From the human T2T-CHM13v2.0 reference genome, Homo sapiens, in the NCBI RefSeq assembly GCF_009914755.1, contig NC_060939.1: a stretch of DNA of 64,000 nt. One strand, given 5' to 3'. Within the stretch, counting starts at the first letter, position 1, and every line of letters starts with the position of its first letter. The notes under the pieces are model-generated. The model was not told the origin of the DNA. It did no database searches and was given only the letters and a program-made list of their open reading frames with translations. Made by a program: the position numbers and the translations under genes. Shown here one piece after another: positions 53,396-64,000 of the stretch.

Positions 53396-53925
53396 TGTAT
53401 TAATTTTCTTTTGCTGCTGTGACAAATTATCAAAGACATAAGTGGCTTAAGATGACACAAATGTATTATCTTACAGTGCTGGAGGTCAGAAGTCTAACCC
53501 TGGTCTCACTGGGCTAAAATTAAGGGAGGGCTCTTTTTCCATCTGGAGGATCTAGGGGAGAATCCCTTTCCTTTGCTTTTCAACTTCTGAAGGCTGCCCC
53601 CACATCCCTTGGCTCATGGGCCATTCCTCCATCTTCAGATCCAGCAAGGGAAGATCGTTGAGTTCTCCTGTCACATCACTCTGACCTTGTTTCTGCCCTC
53701 ATGTCTTTTCTGGGCTTTCTTCTGCTTCCCTCTTCAACTTTTAAGAACCCTTGGGATTGTATTTGTCCCACTCAGGTAATTTGGGTCATCTACCTATTTT
53801 AAGGTCAGATGATTAGAAAACTTAGCTTCATCTGCAACCTTAACTCTCTTTGTCCCATAACATAACAGGTTCTGGGAAATAGGATGTGGGTGCCTATTTG
53901 GGATTCCATTATTCTGCCTACCACA
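53396..53925 (-). mobile_element. Solo MLT1 LTR (MLT1D/E-like)
   Basis: tgtatta...ttatcttacagtgctggaggtcagaagtct...ccattattctgcctaccaca. Confidence 0.85.
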
Positions 53926-54890
53926 ATGAGGTCGTGCATTCCTGTCTTCCATTCATGTGGCTTCCTGAAGGATAAGGATTTCTAAAGCAAGCTCTGGTTT
54001 CTTGCATACAAAGTGTTTCAATGAGAGGCTTAAATTTGGGAAAAGGGAAGAGGTTATGTACTATAGACATTTTAAACTGAGAGTGGCTGGGAGGACAGCA
54101 ATTAGAAATATGTAGAAGTCACATGTTGTGGGCAACATGAAAGATCTTTGATACTTGGTGTGTTCAGTCTCCTTTCCCCAAGGCTGCTAGTATACGGCTG
54201 GAGGGCAGGAAGTCTGGGAGGAAGCTGTGTACCTGTCCACAGCATGGGTCTTGGGCACGTGAGCTTTCATGGGGAGAGGAATGGATGGGCTAGTTCCAGG
54301 GGCCAATCAAAAGGGAAAGGAGAATAGAGAATAACTTGGAGGGTTGTGCGGGACTCAGAAATAATTCCTAGTTAGTGAGTGAGTGTAAGGGGCACTAAAT
54401 CCATGGTGTTTCCCCACGTGACTCTACACAGTTAGTCAAACTTCAAGCTACATTTTGAAAGCAAGTAAAATCTTGTATTCTCTGTAAAACATCCTTTAGC
54501 ATCCCAGGCAAAAGCGATCTTGCCCTTTCCCAGTGACTGTCAGAGTGAAACTCTTCCTAATTTTTTTCCAGTTTCCCATTTCCCTTGCCCACTTCCATAA
54601 TTAAGGGTACCATGTCACCTGATGTATCTAAATATTTGATCATATCATTTCTTTGTTTAGAAATCCATTCTCATTTCAAATCACATTCTCAACTTCCCAC
54701 TGTGACATACAGGATTTTCCATGAACTGGTCCCCACCAAGTTCTCCAACCTTATTGCCAGCCGTTGCTCTATGAACCAGCACTGTTGGATATTTTACCAT
54801 CTCCAAGCATGTGAAGCCTTTTTAAATTTTTACCACTGTCATATCTTTTGCTTTTACTTCCTCCTTCCCACTAAACTATCAGTCATCGTC

Positions 54891-55029
54891 TTTTTTCTTT
54901 TTTCTTCTGTAAAGATGGGGTTTCCACTATGTTGCCCAGGCTGGCCTCTAACTCCAGGGCTCAAGGGATCCTCCTGCTTTGGCCTCCCAAAGTGCTGGGA
55001 TTACAGGCTTGAGCCACGACACCTAGGCT
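54891..55029 (-). mobile_element. FLAM_C / Alu left monomer
   Basis: T-rich tail then gatgggg...tgttgcccaggctgg...cctcccaaagtgctgggattacaggc. Confidence 0.85.
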
Positions 55030-55269
55030 AAGCTGTTAGTCTTACCTAAGCACTTTCATTGTTTAGCATTGAGCCTAACGCAAAGTAGTAACTGGGTATA
55101 TGTCTTCTAATTGAACCAATGAATTATCTGAGTGCTTTTCTACAAAGATAATTAGTGAAATAGAGCCTAACAAACTTTGTCTTCCAAGTGATTTTCTTCT
55201 CGATTATACCTCTGTCCTTTCACTTGGATGTAACCACTTATCCAATTTATAAAAACATGATGGCAGCCA

Positions 55270-55420
55270 TTCAAGTTCATCGTTGCATTTAATCCTCTCA
55301 AGAGCCCTTGAGGCAGATATTACCATTCCCATTTCACAGAAGAAAAATGTTTGATAATGTTTCCAAGATCACACAGCTAGTACGGTAGAGCCATGATTTA
55401 GATCCAAAGTGAATATTTTC
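55270..55420 (-). mobile_element. MIR
   Basis: atttaatcctc...cccatttcacagaagaaaaa...ccaagatcacacagctagta. Confidence 0.65.
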
Positions 55421-55879
55421 TACACACCTGTAAATAAATATTTACTGTTAGAAAATTTAATTGCTTTAAAACTGTTGGAATTAACACAAAAGGGAAAAGT
55501 ACAACAGAACAGTTAAGAGCATTTGACTCCATATTCAAACTCCCCCAAAGTCAAACAGTAATGATTTTATGTCGTTATTTAAAAAGAAATGTTCCTTTGA
55601 CTACTGTGGAATCATACATAGTGAGGTACCCTGACATTTGTACTTAAAACTGTATTTAAATAAGGCAAAATGGGGGCTTGAATTTAGATATGTGTGTGCG
55701 CATAGGTGCATGTGCGTGTAAGAGTTCATATTGGCGGCTGCCAATGGTAGTGGCTGCTTGGGAACCCTGAAATCATGGCTTTTGAAAGCATTCCTAGGCC
55801 AGTGCAGAATCACACTCAGTGTTTCCAGTGGTACGTGATCTACTGTAAGGGAAAGCAAATGTAAAATATGTCACATGTA

Positions 55880-57470
55880 CAAGGGAGTTTGTAAAACGAT
55901 GTATGCACACATATATGCAGTTTAAAGAATGATGATAAGGTGAAACATCTGTGTACCTACTGCCCCACTTACAAACTGAACATTTTTTGAAGTTCTTTCT
56001 CTACTTCTTTGTAATTGAATCCTCCTTCCTGCTTTGTCCCCAGGAGTAATGGTAATACTAAATGTTGCATGTCACTCACTGTCAATTGTGGTTTTGCCAT
56101 CTTTGTGTCTGTCTTTCAACAATGTGTTCAATTTTGTCTGATTTCTGAAGGTTTTAGAAATCATAAAAAAAATTTATATCTTATTCTGTGACTTGCATTT
56201 ATTTACTTAGTATCGTTTTTGATATTCATCTATGTAGTTCATTTACATCCTGTATAGCGTATAGCTGTATGAGTAAATTATTTATCCATTCTATTCTAGA
56301 TGGACCTTTGAATTGATTACATATTTGGATATTTTCATTTTGTTTTTTGGGTTTTTTTTTTCCATTATCAAAAGTACTCTTGTAAACATCATTATACGTA
56401 TCACCTGGTGGACGCGTGTAAGAATTTAGAGCAATAGTTCCCAGTGAGGTGCCTGGAGGGCAGCATCTGAAAACTTTTCAGGAATGCAGTTTCTTGGGCC
56501 CCCCTCCAAATCTGCTGAATCAGGAACTCTGGGGATGGGACTTAGCAATCTTGTTTAAATAACGCCTCCAGGTGCTTCTCATACAGGCTCAAGTTTGAGA
56601 TCTACTGCTCTAGGGTATATGCCTAGGAGTAGGACCACTAGGTTTTGGGATATACAGTTTCTGCTTCATTAGTTAATGCCAACCATTTCCCAAGTGATTA
56701 TTGAACCATCAGCATCAAATGAAAGTTATGATTTTGCATCTTAGAAAACTCTTGGCGTTATCTGACTTCTTAATTTTGTCAGTCTGGTGTGTGAAGGGGT
56801 ACTTTGGTGAGGTCTTAATTTGCATTTTTTATTATAATACTTACACGTTTCATATGGTTGGGGGCATTTGGATCCCTCCTTCTTTGCTCTATCTTTGCCT
56901 AATTTGCCTAATTTTCTTCTCCCCCTACATTTTTTTTTGTATAAGCATTTAATCTAGATACACATTCTTTGTACTTAAAATATCTTCTAGAGGTTTCTAT
57001 TTTTTTCATGCTGTTTGTTTTACCTTTTGATGAACATAATCTTTAATATCAAAATTACCCAATTTTTCCTGTGGTTGGTGCATTTTGTGACATGTTTGAA
57101 AAATCCTTTCTTAAGCCCAAAGTCATAAAAATATTCTTTAATTTTGTTTAAATTTTAAATTACATCTTTAAATCTACTTGTGTTTTAATTTCATTTTTGT
57201 GTTCTGAGTAGTATCCAAATGACTTGGTATCACTTATTGAATATTCTGCCTTTTCTCAATGATCTGCAATTTCTACGAAGTCATAAATCAAGTTTACATA
57301 CATAGATGGGCTTCTTCATTGGTCTCTTGTCTATTCCTGTACCAGTATCACACAAATATTTAGGTTTAGCACAGTTCTTCCCAATTTCCTTTTCTTCTTC
57401 AAGAATGTCTTGGTAAGAGAGCTCGGCTCTTTGTTCTTCCATATAAGAGGTAGAATTCACTTTTTGTGTT
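55880..57470 (-). mobile_element. Old L1 (L1ME-like) 3' region, interrupted by MER5A
   Basis: tttatccattctattctagatggac, tagggtatatgcctaggagt, gtcttaatttgcattt, ctttgttcttccatata landmarks. Confidence 0.65.
56432..56607 (+). mobile_element. MER5A (hAT-Charlie) nested in L1
   Basis: aatgcagtttcttgggcccc...ctgaatcaggaactctgggg...aagtttgagatctactg; inserted at a ctctag-like target. Confidence 0.85.
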
Positions 57471-57990
57471 CCACAAAAACAGGACAAGACCAATATTGAA
57501 AGTAAGTCAGAGGCAAACTTATTAACTTTCAAAATCAATACATTATAAAAAAAACAGCAGAATGATACCAAGTTGATTAGCAGGAGTAAAAAAAAAGAAC
57601 AAAAATCATGAGTAAAATCAAAAGAAAAAACAAAAATAAAAGTTATCTTTTTGAAACACTTAGAGAACTGATTATTCTTTTCTCAGCGTTTTCAATGTAC
57701 AAAGAGAAAAGACACAAACAGGCATTGGAAGGGGAGATTATTCAGATGAGGCAGAGATTAAACATAACAGGGTATTATGACCAATTTTAAACTTAAAATG
57801 TTGAAACTACATGAAATGAATAAAGCTTATACAACAACTTATCAAAGTTGCAAAAGAGACTTAAACAGTACTAAATCCATTAAATAATTGCATCTATAAT
57901 TTAATATCATCCCAGAAAGCTAAACCTAAGGCTCAGGCAACTTTAGAGGCAAGTTTTACCAAACATTAATGGATTAGGTAAATCTTATAC
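57470..57990 (+). mobile_element. Old L1 ORF2 fragment in opposite orientation
   Basis: A-rich; ends near aggctcaggcaactttagaggcaagttttaccaaacatt (degenerate GPDGFTGEFYQTF region). Confidence 0.55.
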
Positions 57991-58153
57991 AAACTGTTTC
58001 TTTTTTTTCTTCTGGCTATTAGTGTTTTTTGGACATGTCAATTGTCAATTTTATTATTGCTCCATGGAAGGCAAAGTGTCTTTTTTACTCCTGTGCCTGC
58101 CTTTCAAACTTGCTTTTGACCATTGATTATTTTCAGTTTTACTCTGAGATGCC

Positions 58154-58171
58154 AGAGAGAGAGAGAGAGAG

Positions 58172-58206
<35 letters not shown>
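58154..58206. repeat. (GA)n microsatellite
   Basis: GA run with one tt interruption. Confidence 0.95.
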
Positions 58207-58209
<3 letters not shown>

Positions 58210-59330
58210 TGTGTGTATGTTTCTCTAGTCATCCTATTTGGCATTCCTTAACTTTATGACTCCATGTCTTTTATAAATTTTGGAAGATTCTCATCCAGTA
58301 TCACTTATAGCTTTTTCCTAGTCTCTCTTTTCTCTCTCTTTCTGGATATCAGATTTTTACATATAAAGTAAACCTTTCTCAGTGTGCCATACTTCTTATT
58401 ATTCTATTTCTAGTTTTACCATATCTATCTCTACTTGAAGTGTAGATATTTTCTACTAATACTCCAAATTATTAATTTAATTCCCTACTCCAAATCACAA
58501 ATTCTCTCTTTTGCTTGATCTGTTCCACTGTTAAATTCATTTATTGAGCTCTTCATTTTGTTTATGAAGTTCTAGGTGTTTATTTGACTCTTACAGATCT
58601 CAGTTCTCTGCTGGTATTGTTTTCATGAACATATGGATTATAATTATTTTAAAATCCATATCTTATGACTGTAATATCTAAATCACCCATCTATTCTGGT
58701 TATCTTTTTTCTTTTGATTTTTGGTCATTGTTTTTTCCTTCTGTCTATACCTGATTATTTTTACTAGAACATTTTAAAGGGGGCATGGACTATGTTATCT
58801 TCTACCAGAGAGGATATAGAGTAGGCATTTAGAATATAGCAAGTCACTCTGATCCCATCAGAGATGGAGATGATCCAAGGTAGGATTCCAGGCATCTTAA
58901 GGATTCATCTATTTCTAGTTTTACCCCATGCCTAGCCCTTTTTGGATTCTCAACAAAACCATGCAGTATTTACTAGGGCCCTTCTTTTTAAATTGTCCCT
59001 CATCTCTAATTTTTGTCTCCCAACTCTGTGACATTGCCAGAAGATTTTAGCAGCCACTTTCTGCTTGGTCTTAACCTTCATCCTAAGCATGCATGGCTTA
59101 AGAATTAGTAACTGTTTTAAGGAGAAATGAATGTAGAATGTCCAGCTTGACTGTCTGCTATTCTTTTTTTATCCTCTATGTTTTTGTCTTTTAAGTCCTA
59201 GCTGCTGCAGTTACCATGCATGCACTCCAATTTTTGCCTCCCCAGATTTTTAAGATTGAAGCAAACTCTATGTTAGTACTTTGTACTCTGTTGATTGCTG
59301 TGTTCTGTACAGTGAATTGACAAAAACAAG

Positions 59331-59716
59331 TGTATTAGTCCATTCTCACGCTGATATGAAGACATACCTGAGACTCAGTAATTTATGAAAACAAGAGGTT
59401 TAGTGAACTCACACTTCTGCAGACTTAACAGGAAGCATGACTGGGAGGCCTCAGGAAACTTACAATCATGATGGAAGGTGAAGGGGAAGCACCATGTCTT
59501 ACCATGGTGGGGCTGGAGGGAGACAGCAAGGAAGAGAGAAGTGCCACACACTTTCTAACAACCAGATCTCATGAGAACTCACTCACTATCACGAGAACAG
59601 CAAGGGAGAGGTTCACCCGCATGATTTAATCACTTCCTGCCAGGCCCCTCCCCCGACACGTGGGGATTACAATTGGAGATGAGATTTGGGTGGGGACACA
59701 GAGCCAAACCATATCA
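59331..59716 (-). mobile_element. Solo MaLR LTR (MSTA/THE1D-like)
   Basis: tgtattagtccattctcac...ggggacacagagccaaaccatatca; perfect TSD ACAAG. Confidence 0.92.
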
Positions 59717-62425
59717 ACAAGGAAACAAACAAATAGGAATGAAACCAACCCTGAAAGACATGAAGCAGTAGCAAACTAAGGGAGTGCATTTGTTTTTGAT
59801 CCTGTCTCCTCAGGTCCTAGAGGCCTTGATTATTCTCAGATATCTTCAAATTGTTTGTTTGTGTATATTAAGCAGATTTCACAGCTTTTTTTTTAAAGGA
59901 ATATTGAGAAAAATCTTCTCCTTCATACTGAAAAGCTGAAGTTTATCTTGCACTTGACATGCTAGCTTAACAACAATAGTATCGGAATTCTTCAGATCAA
60001 ACCATACCCCTCCCAATTTGTAGGCTTTTGCTTTTCTCTATTTAAATTCTGGACAGTCTCATTACAAATTATGCTTCACTCTCGTAAGTCAATGTTTATT
60101 TACACTGGCATGCACATTTACCATTGTTTTTGAGCACCATACATTTTTGCATTTTGCCTTTATACTTGGGGCAGTTGTCCTTCTGTTTGAAGTATATCTT
60201 TGATATTTAAGTTCATGAGGGTCTTCTGGTGAGAAGCACTACTAGCTCATGTTTTTCTGAAAATGTCTCTGCTTCACTCTCCTTTAAAGATAATTTGTGA
60301 CATACAGGATTCTAAATTGAAAGACTGAAAGAATATATACGTTAAATTATTCTACTGTCGTCTTGCTTTCCCTGTTGCTTTGAGGAATAAAGTCACTCAA
60401 ATTACTTTTCCTTTGTAGTTGAACTATTTTTTCTCTCTAGCTGCTTTTAAGTGTTCCTCTTTTCCCCAGTTGTTTTTTCAGTTCTACTATGACAGTTTTA
60501 GATATAGATTATTCTTAATTTATCCTGACAAGGAATTTTTAGGGGAAGGGGGGCTTCCTATATTAATCTTTCAGCATTTCTGGAAAATCCTCAGGCATTT
60601 TTTCTTTATATATTGCTTTTTCTCGGTTCTCTGTTTAACCCCTTTCTCCACCCCAGACACCTATCAGACCTTCTCATTTCTACCTTCCATGTGTCTTAAC
60701 CTCACTTGTATATCTATAACCTTGTTTCTGTGGTCTGTGTCTTCAATAATTTCTTTGGAATTATCTCTCAATTTACTAATTTTCTGTTCAGCTGCTTTTA
60801 ATCTGTTAATTAGTGTACCCATTGTGTTTACATTTTATTTTCTCTCCTTTATACCATTCCTCACCAATAACTCAGATCACATAGTCCATCTTTAAAAGAA
60901 TTTCCTTGCCTTCTCTACTTTCATTAGACTTGATTAACAGAACCTCAGGTAAGCATGGCTCCAAAAAAAAATATTTAGTGCATCCTGACAATTGTATTAC
61001 ACTTCTATAATCCACTCTCCTTTTCACTCTTCTAGACAATTTCATAACTTCTCTTCTGCCTTGAACTTTTAATACTTCTTTTCCTCATCCTCACTCTCGT
61101 AGAATGACCATGATTGACATAAGTGCCCCCTCTACTGCTACCCTACCCCCTCTATATCTATCCCCCTACCGACGTCTATGCCTGTGTCATCTGCTTTTCC
61201 TTCTGTAGCTATGGATGACCTGAATTGTTGCTAAGACCAACACTCCATTTTACAGTGGATTCCACCCTTATCACTGATTCAAAGGTAGTGCTCCAACTGT
61301 TATTTCCCATCTCCTGCCTCATAATTTTATTTATCTCTCTCTCCTCATTTATTGCTACAGTCCCTTCCAGCTATCACCATATTTCTCTGCTCTTCATTGT
61401 AATAAACCCTTTCAAAGAGTTATGTCTCCTGTCTACAATTTTCCCCGTTCTCTCAAACTCACTCTTATCTCATTTTTGCCTCATCATTTTACTAAACTCT
61501 CATTTCAAGTCACCAATGACCACATCTCAGCATCTTACTTATAAATATATTGTGGCCATCCTCTTTAAAATACTTTATCTATTTTCAAGAATACAGCCAT
61601 CTCCTAATGTATCTCTTTGTCTCTGGCATTTCCTCAGGCTCTTTTTCTGATCCCCTATCTTCTCAAACTCTAAATTTGGACTTTTGTAGAAATCAATTCT
61701 GGGCCATTTCTTTCTAGTTGCTTCCTTGCTAAGGTTATCCAGTCTGATATCTTTAAATGCTATCTGGAGTCTGATAATCCACAAATTTACGTATCTAACC
61801 ATAACCTCTACCCTGAATTCCAAACCATATATCTAAGGTTTACTGTGTGTCTCCACGTGGACATCTAATTGGCACCTCATACTCCCCTCCCCAAACCTGC
61901 TCTTCCTACAGACTTTGTCTCAATGCATGGACAAATCCATTCATCTAAGTTTTTCAAGCTCTTAATCTTCAAATCATTCTCAATCATTCCCTTTTTATCT
62001 TCTCATCTAAACTATTTGCAACTCCTCTGTCCCTACTTTCTAACTAGTCAAAACATGGTCACTTCTCACTAATTCCACTGCCATCACCTTAATTCTAGGC
62101 CACAATTAACTCTAACCTGGTCTTTTCAATAGCTTTGTAGATGAAATATGTGTTGTCTCTTCATGATTTGTTCTCATTATGCAACCACAGTAATTCTTCT
62201 TAAATATGAGTCAAATCATGTTATTCTGCTTCCCGCCCTCTTGGCAGTCTAGCAACTCCCTTAGAATAAAAGGCAAGGACCTTACAGCCATCAACCAGGC
62301 CCCTTGTGGCCAACTCCTGTTCCTTTTTCACTTCTCTTTCCAATATTCTTGCTCACTCTGCTTCAGACACAAGGAGTCCATGCTGCCTTTTTAAAAAAAA
62401 ACAAACAAAAAAAACCCAAAAACAA

Positions 62426-62426
<1 letters not shown>

Positions 62427-62476
<50 letters not shown>
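62427..62476. repeat. (CA)25 microsatellite
   Basis: Perfect CA run directly 5' of an Alu. Confidence 0.97.
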
Positions 62477-62479
<3 letters not shown>

Positions 62480-62482
62480 GAA

Positions 62483-62812
62483 GGCTGGGCATGGTGACTC
62501 ATGCCTGTAATCCTAGCACATTGGGAGGGTGAGGTGGGAGGATAACTTGAGGTCAGGAGTTTGAAACCAGCCTGGCCAACATGGTGAAACCCCTTCTCTA
62601 CTAAAAATACAAAAAAAAAAAAAAAAAAAAATTAGCTGGGCGTCGTGGTGGGCGCCTGTAATCGCAGCTACTTGGGAGGCTGAGGCAGGACAATCACTGG
62701 AACCTGGGAGGTGGAGGTTGCAGTGAGTGAGCTGAGGTTGTGCCACTGCCCTCTAGCCTTGGTGACAGAGTGAGACTACGTCTCAAAAATAAAAAATAAA
62801 AAAATAAACAAA
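62483..62812 (+). mobile_element. AluS (Sx/Sz-like) with expanded middle A-tract
   Basis: Full dimer; TSD acactggaa at 62474-62482 and 62813-62821. Confidence 0.94.
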
Positions 62813-64000
62813 ACACTGGAAGAAGGCATACTCCCGATTCTGGGCCTTTGCATTTGCTCTTTCTTCTGCCTGGAAACATTATTCACCTAGATACCCACAC
62901 CTCCTCCAAAGTCTTTGCTCACTTACTGCCCTCTCAGTGATTTCTTCCCTAATTACCTCACATGTAATTGCAAACCCAGCCCCACTGCCTGATACTCCTT
63001 CCCTTCCTTGTCTCTCTTTTGTTTTCTCATGGTGGATCCTTTTACCGCCTGATATATATAGTTTATTTTTTCTATCTCATCTTCAATCCTCATATACAAT
63101 CTAAGCTACATAAAGGCTGCTTTTGGTTTGTTTTTGTTTACTCTTGTGTCTAAATCAATGTAGGTGTTTAACAAATCAGTACTGAAGAAAAAATGAGTAA
63201 TAAACTTATCCAGGAAATAAAGTAGTGACAAGAAGATGAATTTAGTTTGAATGGCCCAGGGATAGAACATTATAAGTGAAGAAATAGTCAAGCAGTTGAG
63301 AAAATAGCTTTCTAAATGAGAGAAAGGTATGTTCAAAAGCAAAGTCCTGAACATCGTTTTATATCTTAAGGTTTGCAAATGGTGCGGTGTGATTAGGAAC
63401 CTAGAATGTGTGGTGCAGTTGGATTATGACACACAACCAAGTCTGAGCCAGTTAATGAAAGGTCTTAACTGTTAAATCATGAAGTCTGAATGTCTTAATG
63501 TTGGCCAGGGAAAAATGGAATATTTTAATCAGTTCGATGCTGTTGATAAAACCTAGTGGTGTTTTGTTGTTGTTTTGCTTTGGTATAGTGATATGTAAGA
63601 CATGTTTTTCCTGCTTTAACAAAAAAAGGCAGTTACAACTTCTTGAGAAGGGGCTACTTATTGATTTGTTACCTTAGAAATGAATGTATACCTGGTCAAA
63701 TTATAATTTTTTTTAAAAATTTAACCCTGGATTTTTTTTGAACAGAATTAACACAGCTTTGTTTCACCTTTACCCAATATGTTTATTCTAAAATAATCAT
63801 ACTTATGTGTTTTCCCCCTCTAAATTATGCCCTATACAATAGGATGATTTTTCATAAAGATGGTATGATTATTTAAAGATACACTGTTTCAAATATCTAG
63901 ATTTTATCTTTATTATGACAAATGAGTTGATGTACACAGTATTCTGAAAGTGTCTGTGTCTGTGTGTGTTTGCTGCCCTTTCTTATTTTCTTGTCTCAAA

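Larger units (their letters stand above)
61000..63195 (+). mobile_element. L2 (L2a-like) 3' portion interrupted by (CA)n and Alu
   Basis: ctccacgtggacatctaattggcacctc, ctgggcctttgcatttgct...ctgcctggaa, and a degenerate L2 3' end; boundaries approximate. Confidence 0.65.

Noticed and set aside
60419-61650. 158-aa and 141-aa hydrophobic ORFs resembling membrane proteins, possibly the missing MCTP2 TM exons
   Set aside because: Translations of T/C-rich antisense L1 and L2 remnants; no match to the MCTP2 VFLITVWNFELY segment

Overview
Human (primate) genomic DNA, AT-rich and gene-poor, lying entirely inside MCTP2 (multiple C2 and transmembrane domain protein 2) on the + strand. Six canonical GT-AG coding exons (2123-2216, 16057-16159, 17458-17560, 30994-31095, 31954-32028, 33933-34052; 597 nt = 199 codons) splice into one open frame. 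They encode the third C2 domain (all five Ca2+-ligand aspartates present) and the linker up to the first transmembrane segment. A short alternative terminal exon (34519-34590, HRKEEPPLSMKCTLFSGDIGPSL*) would give a TM-less isoform. The next canonical exon is not found before the window ends. The rest is intron, containing Alu/FLAM SINEs, MIR/L2/old L1 fragments, five solo LTRs (MST x2, THE1, MLT2A1, MLT1), MER20, MER5A, an internally deleted Tigger1, microsatellites, and several repeat-free, motif-dense islands that look like enhancers. I see no evidence for a wholly new biological system. The most unusual direct observations are a 51-bp locally templated insertion inside a sense-oriented MLT2A1 LTR, frame-closed exon blocks bracketed by inverted Alus (stop-free circRNA candidates), the TM-less terminal exon, and TALE/homeodomain motif clusters. 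Repeat subfamily names come from remembered consensus sequences and need RepeatMasker/Dfam confirmation.
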